Shown here in pieces: positions 55,318-64,000 of a DNA stretch of 64,000 nt. Origin of the DNA: Spironucleus salmonicida (lineage: Eukaryota); NCBI RefSeq assembly GCF_000497125.1, contig NC_090601.1, positions 620,001-684,000 on the forward strand, read 5' to 3'. How positions within the stretch are numbered: position 1 is the first letter of the stretch; every line of letters starts with the position of its first letter. The notes under the pieces are model-generated. The model saw only the letters and a program-made list of their open reading frames with translations. It did not search any database and was not told the DNA's origin. Made by a program: the position numbers and the translations under genes.

Positions 55318-56786
55318 ATTTGGTATTTTTGTATAAAATTGAAGTTTGATGTATATTATTATTATATACATATGAATGCAAATATGAAATGAAACAAAAT
55401 GTGTTTCAAGTAAACATGTTGCCTGGTGTGAGATTTACTGAGTTTCGAGCTAAAAACTTTAAATTCATACTTTTAATGCTTTAGGACTGGTTACAATTGC
55501 AGTATTGATTACCTACTTAGGTAGAATTATAAATTGTAATGTATGATTAGGGTGCTAATAGGTAGCGAATATGCGGATTGTAAATGCTTATCAACTAATT
55601 TTTAAGTTAGCCATTAGCTTAGAATAATTTGGCAACGGTTTTTTAAATTAATCTAAGCTAGTAATTGAGGAAGGACAACTATCTATATTAGCTTTATAAA
55701 ATTAGTAGAAGTTAACTAATAAAGATAATATAACTCTGTAGAGAAGTAAGTTGAATAGGTTGGTTTTCATCTCAATTAATGTCTATTCTATTAAGCAAAA
55801 TTTTCTATGCTAAATATTAATTTTGACCTATAATATAATATAATATAATATAATCTTGGTTAATCTTTTCTGATTAGCTAAAATCAAGGATACATATATG
55901 TTACCAATTACTTTAAAAATAGTAGCAACGAATAAATATTTGAAAACAAAGCTAACTATGTTTGTGTACAAGAAAATATATTGAATATAACAAATTGTAG
56001 TGATTATTGTTTAATTAATTGCTAAAATTTCACTATTATTTCAACTTATAAAACATATTTATGCTATTTATAATAAATAGATCGTTTGGGAATCAAATAG
56101 CATGATAATTATAATTAACATCAAATTTTGATTATCTATATTATAATATAATTTGATAGGCTCTAAATATACTTTCTCAACTTTAAATTAAGTCAATATT
56201 ATCATATTTAGATTTATTACCATATTTTTAAAATAATAAAGTATTTTATATTTAATTTATTTAGTAAATTAAATACGGTAGGATACACAATGAAATACTA
56301 TTAGGACATATATTGGGATATTAATTGATATCATTTTGTTTCAAAAAAATCCCGATTATTATGTAATAAATATATTATCACCAATAGTAATCTATAATAA
56401 TACAATTTCGGTTCCAAATAAGATTTAGTAACTTATAATAATAGTTATTCTATGTCACTCAAGAAATTTTTTTCTACTATACAATAAATTATTTATATGT
56501 ATGTATATTTTTATATAATATCTAATTGATATTCAACACAATACACATATTACATTTCTTTGGGTGTAAATATTTATATTTTAATATATATTTTTCAAAT
56601 TCTAAGTAATAAAATAAATATGTAATATGTATTATTATATTTTTATTATATTTTAGAATCTTTTAAGGTATCAAAATCTTTGTCGTATCTCCTTATTATG
56701 CCTTAATATATAAAAATAATGTGTAGTTTTTATTGCATTTATAAAATAGAGAATAAAACCCTTACTATATTTTGGGAAATTTGTAA

Positions 56787-57044
56787 ATGAACAAATATCA
56801 TAAATGGAGCAACAATGAAGTTAATGAACTGATGTCTGCTGTACACTAAGCAACAGGTGTAAATGGTAGAATAAGTTGGAAACAAGTAGCAGAATGTGTT
56901 AAATACGGAAGCGAGTGTTAACTAAAGAGACAATATAACAATATAAAATGTAGAGGTAAAGGCGTGTTGTAAAACTCCGCAATATTCAAAAGAGAAGAAA
57001 ATATTATCATTAACTAGATCATCAGCATAATGAGCACTATGTGA
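56787..57044 (+). CDS. Myb-like domain protein, 85 aa
   Basis: MNKYHKWSNNEVNELMSAVHQATGVNGRISWKQVAECVKYGSECQLKRQYNNI; paralog of 29731-29988. Confidence 0.8.
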
Positions 57045-58587
57045 GATATATAAATTTTCATAAAACTAATTAAAAATTAAAATTTTCAAAGTATTGCAAT
57101 GCAATCATAAAAATTATCTCTATAGTTAATTTTACTAATTTTATGGTTTATGCATTACCCATTAATATAATAATTTAGACTATATAATAAAATTATAGCA
57201 TTGGTCAGTGATTTATAAATATATAGCAAATATTTATCATTTTATCGACTAATACTTATACTTAATAAATTTGATGTTAATATTTTGTATAAAATATTAT
57301 GTATATATAATTATTTTATAAACCATAGCTTCTTTCATAAATATTAATATAATTTTAAATTGATTTGTATATACGTCTGTAGAAATATTAGGATCCATTT
57401 ATGTAGTAAAATACATTAAATAGATTATGGTTATTGGAGAGATTCTAAGGATAAGCAAAACTAATAAAAATAAGTATTAATTTAATACTCATATCCTTAT
57501 ATAAATTATTTTATTAACACAAAACAACAGTAATACCGCCAATTAATAGAAACTATTAATGTTACTTTAATTTTATCATTAAACTATTATAAGTTTTTCC
57601 ATAATTATAAAAAATATTATGATTATTATAGATTTAAATTTGTTAAATTATTCAATATATAACGATAGTTATATAATATCAATTTAGTTTATAAAATATT
57701 ATTTATTATCTTAATCATGTAATTATATCTGAGAAAGTGTAAATAATTATATCATTTTGTTGGTTATGATGTTATTTCTAAATTTTAAATCCAAGTATCA
57801 TGAAATATAAATTAGCATGTTGCACCTATATTATATACTGGATAGAATAAATTATATTATTTGATTTAATAATAATCTAAATATAAAGTAGGAATAAAAT
57901 TAGTTTGATATTTACTAGAGTTGTGGTAATGCAATAAATTGAATGTTAGGCAGTAATATATTCTTTGTTATAGTATCTCGAGATTTTTGTAATATGTTTA
58001 GTAATATAAACACATTTTGCGATGTTCATTAATCAAATGTGTAAATTTTACAGGATTGAACAGCAACTCTTACTTTTAATTAGAGATAGTTGAAATAAGT
58101 GATAGGTTAATATTTTACTGTAAATGTTATTAGACAATTAAAATAGTATGTTACTGTCAGCTTTGCTGATTTTAAAATCGTATCCGCACATATTTAGTAC
58201 AATTATAGCACGGTGAAATTATACTCTACTGTACCGATATTTAATACAATAAGAAACAGAAACTCTTGTTAATTAGTAATTTAGATATACCTAACTCGAT
58301 AGCGAGTAAAAATAAGTTTTGGTAGAATGAGCAAGGTATGCCTCCTGGCGCATTTCGCTCCGAACACCAAAATATCGTATGACAAAAACAGTTTCAATAA
58401 ATACTGATAATATAACATTTAGTGAGGTAAAGAAATCTTTCCTTTTTTTAATATTTGTATATTACAATATTGCGGAAATTATTAGCCATTCCGATCTTTG
58501 AACCTGTACCACTAACTCAGTATATCCTCGATATTGGAGTGGTTGCTAAATTTGGCTTCTAAAGATCCGAATTCACGCTCCCTCAAA

Positions 58588-59616
58588 ATGGCTGATACTT
58601 GTACAACTGCATTAGCTTGCCCTGCCGGATTTGTATGCCCTACCGAGGCGACCGCTGCTGCTCAGAACTGCCTCAAGTGCACCGTTGCGGATTGCATTAC
58701 CTGCGCACCCGCCACGCTTGGAACCTGCACAGCCTGCAAGCCCAGCTTCATTCTTGAGGCTAATGCCTGCACTGCATGCTCCGCAGGTTGTAAAACCTGT
58801 ACTGCGGCTGATACGTGTACAGTTTGCAACGACGGCTTTATGCTTAGCGCCAACACGTGCACTGCCTGTCCTGAAAACTGCACTACCTGCTCTGCTGCTG
58901 ACACATGCACGAAATGCAATGCCGACTTTTTCTTAAAGAGCGCGAAATGTGATAAGAATGAGTGCGATGAAAAGACTCCATGCACTGGGGCTAAGTTTTG
59001 CGAGATTCTCCCAACCGGCAACAAATGCTAAAACTGCGATACCAAGTGTTCGACCTGCACCAGCTTGGCGAAATGCACTACGTGCGCAGTTGGTAACGAG
59101 ATGTCAACCGACTAGATCTGTATGGCTGCGTGCGCCGGATTGAAAGTAAACTAGGCGTGTGTAAATGATGCTGCAGTTGAATGTGGAAATACTGCTCAGA
59201 CGACCGCGTGTAGCTGTGGAGCCACTAGTAAGAGCTGCCGTACCTGCACTGCCCCACCCGTTCCTACCCCAGACGCCAACAAATGTACAGATAAACTGTG
59301 CACCTGTGTGGCTGGAACCCCTGCAACCTGTACTGGCTGCATTAATCCTAAAGATTATGAATTTTCTGCTGCTGCCTGTAAACCTAAGGATCCCACCACC
59401 TGCGGCACCTGCCTGCCAGGCTACGTCCTCAAGGAGGCCAAGTGTGAGGAGTGCGCCGCCGGCTTCGACAAGGTCGGCGAGTTCTGCTTCCAGACAGTTA
59501 CAGCTAATAAGCTCTCTGGGGGTGCCATCGCCGGCATCGTAATCGCAGTCTTGGTGGTCGTCGGCGGTGTAGGCGGTGGCCTCGCCTATTATTTCGTAAA
59601 GAAAGCGAAGAAGTGA
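58588..59616 (+). CDS. Cysteine-rich membrane protein (CRMP1/VSP-like), 342 aa, mosaic
   Basis: CxxC repeats, internal TAA/TAG=Gln, transmembrane helix plus VKKAKK. Confidence 0.95.
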
Positions 59617-60471
59617 CAGTTTGGTACTTATTATTTGTTGCGCAGCCTGACTGCATAAGGCTTGTGAGATGGTTGGGAATTGGTTACGCAAGGAATTTGT
59701 TGGAATGGGATGTGGAGAATGTCTAGTAATAATATAATTATATTTGATCCATTTTATGCAACATAATATATTTATTCCTTAATTGGATTAATTCTTAGAA
59801 ATAAATAAATTATTTTTTATAAAGTGCTATATGTTATATACACTTCCTATTCACATATGATGCCAAAATTTATTTATTATCATATTAGGTTATCTGGAAT
59901 TTCTATTATAAAAATATATAAAGCATTTAGATTTTTATAAAGTATGTATTATTATTGTTCATTTTTACGCTAGAATATCTAAATATAAATTAAAATAGCT
60001 AAATATGATAGTTTAGAATACTGCCCATTTTAATAGACTCTTATTTAATCTAATATTATTTATAATACTAAAATATGTCCAGATTGACATATTAATAATT
60101 TCAGGTTTAAATCATTATTTGAACGAAAAATTTATCTGATGATTACATTAAACCTCTTTATCACTATACCTTTAATTACATAGAATTTGAATTTCTAATA
60201 TCTAGGGATATCTTGTGTAAACTTATATACGAGTCAAAAATAATGGATGTATCATAAAAAATTATCAAAATTTAATTATTTTGCATATCATTTAAAATTA
60301 TATATCAACTTGAATTCAACCTATTCTACTCAGTTAAGATGCAGCGACCATCTTAATCTAGAAATTATATTTTAAATAATAATAGCAAAACTTAACTTTT
60401 ACTAAAGTTAATGTTGATAATTATCTCAATATAACTCTATCTTTGTGCTTTAACTATACCATACCCACGCG

Positions 60472-60741
60472 ATGATGGGCGCGGTGGTGGCTAGGACGGT
60501 CGAGATGCTGTGCCGCTACCAGCCCCACTTCACGGTCTGGGCGAACAGGATTGTGCCGTTCCGGGATGGGGAAGCGGGGTTTCAGCCGCTGCTGGACTGG
60601 GCCTTCCACGCGCAGGGGCTGGTAGAGATGGTGCGCAGGATGCGGTACGACAGCAGGGGTCGTACGGTGCTGAAGCACGTCGACTGGTTCGAGCGCAGCG
60701 TGCGGCCGCTCGGGTTCGAGTTCCCCCGCTGCGGCGGCTGA
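60472..60741 (+). CDS. 5'-truncated copy of the 40094-40414 gene (89 aa from internal MM)
   Basis: Duplication breakpoint falls 3 nt before an internal ATG ATG; may be a pseudogene. Confidence 0.45.
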   Translation: MMGAVVARTVEMLCRYQPHFTVWANRIVPFRDGEAGFQPLLDWAFHAQGLVEMVRRMRYDSRGRTVLKHVDWFERSVRPLGFEFPRCGG

Positions 60742-62803
60742 GTGAGGAGCAGAGTCACTGGCAACGGTGCGCGCATAAGCATTTCCACGTGTTCAAAACG
60801 CTTACTAGCAGCATTTGCATCAGCATAGCTCACTATCTTCCGCCATAGAAATGAAACTCAGGAGGCTCATCTGCTCTAGCTATGAGTCTTCCTATAGAAT
60901 AGAGCATCCGAATGTTTGATTCTTATTGAGCAGTTACAGCTTATCCGTGACATTAGGTGCAGGGTGGGTTGGTTACTGTGCGACCTAGACTATATGAGAC
61001 CATCCGAGGCCCATTTCTAATTTATTCAATTATTACTAGTATCTTTCAATATACATAATTTTTAATATTTAAACTGTATCGAATCTGCACTTAAGTATAC
61101 GACATAGTCGCAAATTAGCGAGCCAATGTGATGCATATTTTACAGCGAGATTCCTTTAATTTTTAATTAATACCGTATTGCAACCTAGTACTAAACATAT
61201 ATGTGCTGAGTTACTACATGTACTGTTGCTAGAAATTTACTATGGCGAACTCTTACGTTGGCCATCACGCAAGTAAGTAGTTTGAAAATACCCACCTAAA
61301 GAATACGAGTGCGGCTGCACAAGACTATTGCTTTGTTCCGGATCACAGATATTCCAGTATTATGCTGTAATCCCATAGTAAAGGTATACGGCTAACAACT
61401 TTCCCAATTCCCGCTAGCACCCCAATAATGCCAAAGCAGTTTTCGGGGATTCCCGCTGTAAACCTTTCAGCCAGTATACGCACCGCTGCACTTCCGAGAG
61501 ATAGCAATGGGTGCTGGCACCTGGAGGTCCTCGGTCAGGGGTTTAAGTGAACGGGCAGCTGACTAATGGGTCAAACAAGAGCGGTTGCATACGCGCAGTA
61601 AGGTACTATTATCTCACCGCCTCGACCTTGCAAGGGGCAGCTAGGCGCGCAGTCAAACACTGTATCCCGGCAGCCCCATGGACGCTCGCCTAGCTCAGCA
61701 TGCCCGTTATGGCCTGTGCTATTTTGTTGCTGCGCCCTAATAAAGCGCTGCTGACGACTTATGCTATGAGGTCATCCCATAAGGCAGCCTTTCGCTGTCA
61801 GAGACCTCACTGGTAGCAGTTGGAACTGGGCAATGCGCAGTCGGGCCATGCTAGGGATGGGAGCCAGCGACTGGACAGCGAAAAGTACTTCTGGGCGTTG
61901 CAAAAGAATGAATATGCTTCTGGAACTGGGCTGCAGTTAGAATATCCCCAACTTCAGTACTCTCCCGCAGCATCTCCAGACTATCATCCCGCACCAACCA
62001 TGGTCTTCTAAAGACAGATAGCAAAATCCTAGATCGCAGGTTTGGCTCTCTCGTGCTGGACAGTTCCTGGGCAAGGGAGCTTCGCAGCTGTCCCACCCAG
62101 ATGCCGATATACGGTATTGCGTTGGGCTGGTTTACAGTAGCCTGCTGAAGGACTGCACGCGGCGTCCTCTTCGAGCCATGGGGGTGGGGAGGAAGCTAGG
62201 GGAGTACGGCCGCGCCCTATTACTAAAGATAGCCAGGTGTCATGCTGCCAGCCCGGCCAGTGCAAGTGCAAGTGTCCGCCCTCTCACGCATCGCCAAAAC
62301 TCAGCTCTTCGTCGTCCTCCTCGGAGTCGGACGCGCGCGCGAAGTCGCTGGCGGCCGACGTGTTTTCGAGGGCGCTTCCGAAGAGCGCGGGGGGCATTGT
62401 GGAGTGGGCAGAAACTTCGGCTAGGGTGGACGAGGGCGAGGGCACAGAGAAACTGCAGGACGAAGTGCGTATTGCGTGGCATGGGATGCTACCCGGACAG
62501 CTAAACGCACGGCACGGTGTGGCGGCCACGAAAGTGCTTGACGCAGACTAAGCAATCGTTGTATTTAATTCCGTAAAGTGGAAATGGTATATTACCTTGG
62601 CCGGACGATCCACGCCGATTTGAAAAACTCAAAATCTATTTCCACCTAGGGCACTGGCAGGCCGGTCTGGCTAGAAAACAGTCACCTCACTCGCGCATCC
62701 AGCTCCGTGGCGAGCCAGCTGGCGGCACGATAGAATGGTACCCGCACCAGCACAGAGGCTCGGCCGAGATGAAGTGCCATGTCCAGCGCGCAGGCCACCC
62801 GGC

Positions 62804-63463
62804 TCACCCCAGGGAGCTGAAGCCCAGCCGCCCGTCGCGGCTCTTCGCCATCCCGCCGAAGTCCCGCTCCAGGTAGTCCGCCTCCTCGATGATCGCGATC
62901 CTGCCCAGCACGCTGCGGCCGCGCGTGAGGTTGCGCAGGAAGTTGAAGCTCATCTTCTCGCGCGAGAACTTGTACACCGGCGTGTAGTCCATCTACTGGT
63001 CCAGGTTCTTGGTGAGGGTGTAGAGGATCGCCAGCTTGAGGTCCTGTATCTCGAACACCTTGTCCAGCAGCACCGAGGACACCAGCCGCGTGCGGTTCGC
63101 GTCCTTGGCGAGCACCTTCGTCATGTCCATCAGCGCGCCCAGCTCCTCCACCACCTGGGGCGCGATCTCGACTTTCTGCATCAGCGGTGAGCAGGGCGGC
63201 TCGCTCTTGGAAAAGCTCGCCTGGCTGCCGAAGCTCTGCCGCTCGCACTCGGCCTGCACCGGCCGCGATATGAGCGCCGCCAGCGAGGCCTGGTCCGTCT
63301 GGGCGGCGAGGGCGGCCGTTTCCACAGCGTCGGTCTGGACGCCGGCGGTGACCGTCTGGGGGCACAGCTTCAGCTGGCTGACGGCGGTCTCCAGCTGCTG
63401 GATCCGGAGGTTCTTGTCCAGGTCCGCCTGCTTGTAGATATCGAGCTCCTGCTGGGCGTCCAT
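62804..63463 (-). CDS. Second copy of the coiled-coil protein, 219 aa (11-aa in-frame deletion)
   Basis: CAG to TAG at 62993-62995 is silent in code 6. A 33-nt deletion removes KHALIRQELRL. Confidence 0.75.
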
Positions 63464-64000
63464 TTGGAGCGGGGAAGAATGGCGATTGCGTCTCGGGTCG
63501 CAGTAGTGCGGGATAGAAGGGGAAGCATATCCGTCCAGTAATTGGCGTGGAAGCGTGCCGCACGCCCTGCGCTCGCCAGACTCTTGCAGGGGTTCGCCCA
63601 GGCACCGCAGCAGCTCCAAGCTAGTTCAGCCGGCGACTATGAGAGCAAGGTGGAAATACAGCTGCCGAGATGGTATTGCTATTTTCATATTATATAGTAT
63701 ATTTGTGATAGTGCTGCTTCAGCATGGTGCGCCACGAGTACCTGGAGCGGTACTAGAGAGTCCGGCTACTGCCGTATTTCTGCAGTCAAGAATGATAATA
63801 GTCAGTCTGCTGGTAGCCTGAATACCAGCTTCTCGTTGCTCTTCGTATCGTCTAAGTTCAAGTCGTCGAGATCACTAAGGACATCTTTTAATAAATCCTT
63901 GCTATTACTCTTACCAATCTGACCATAGTATCTTGGAGTTACAGATTTCATTGAATTAAGGCTTATAGGAGGTAATGGAGCTTTCAATTTAAGAAAAGAA

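Larger units (their letters stand above)
60469..64000 (+). repeat. Direct segmental duplication, copy 2 (runs off window end)
   Basis: Matches 40142-43706. Confidence 0.97.

Overview
Eukaryotic, intron-poor diplomonad DNA, most consistent with a Hexamitinae genome such as Spironucleus (inferred, not database-checked). It uses the alternative code TAA/TAG=Gln with TGA as the only stop, so the supplied standard-code ORF track is badly fragmented; I re-translated genes by hand. Recognisable genes: an SF1 (Upf1/DNA2/NAM7-like) helicase, palmitoyl-protein thioesterase plus a pseudogene, CDKAL1/MtaB-type tRNA methylthiotransferase, 2-Cys peroxiredoxin, a CDK, NSUN2/Trm4, three single-repeat Myb proteins, four VSP-like cysteine-rich membrane proteins (CRMP1 type, KKxKK tail), several type-I membrane proteins and hypotheticals. 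There is also a tRNA-Gln with an amber-reading CUA anticodon. The dominant structure is a stratified palindrome of about 24.5 kb: near-identical 6131-bp inverted arms (6256-12386 / 19641-25771) carry a CRMP and an RRM-like gene around a 7.25-kb unique spacer, and they sit inside older, diverged mirror homology that includes a 125-nt identical patch. A second inverted CRMP pair (one copy mosaic) and a direct duplication of at least 3.5 kb also occur. Together these suggest gene-conversion-driven diversification of surface antigens.
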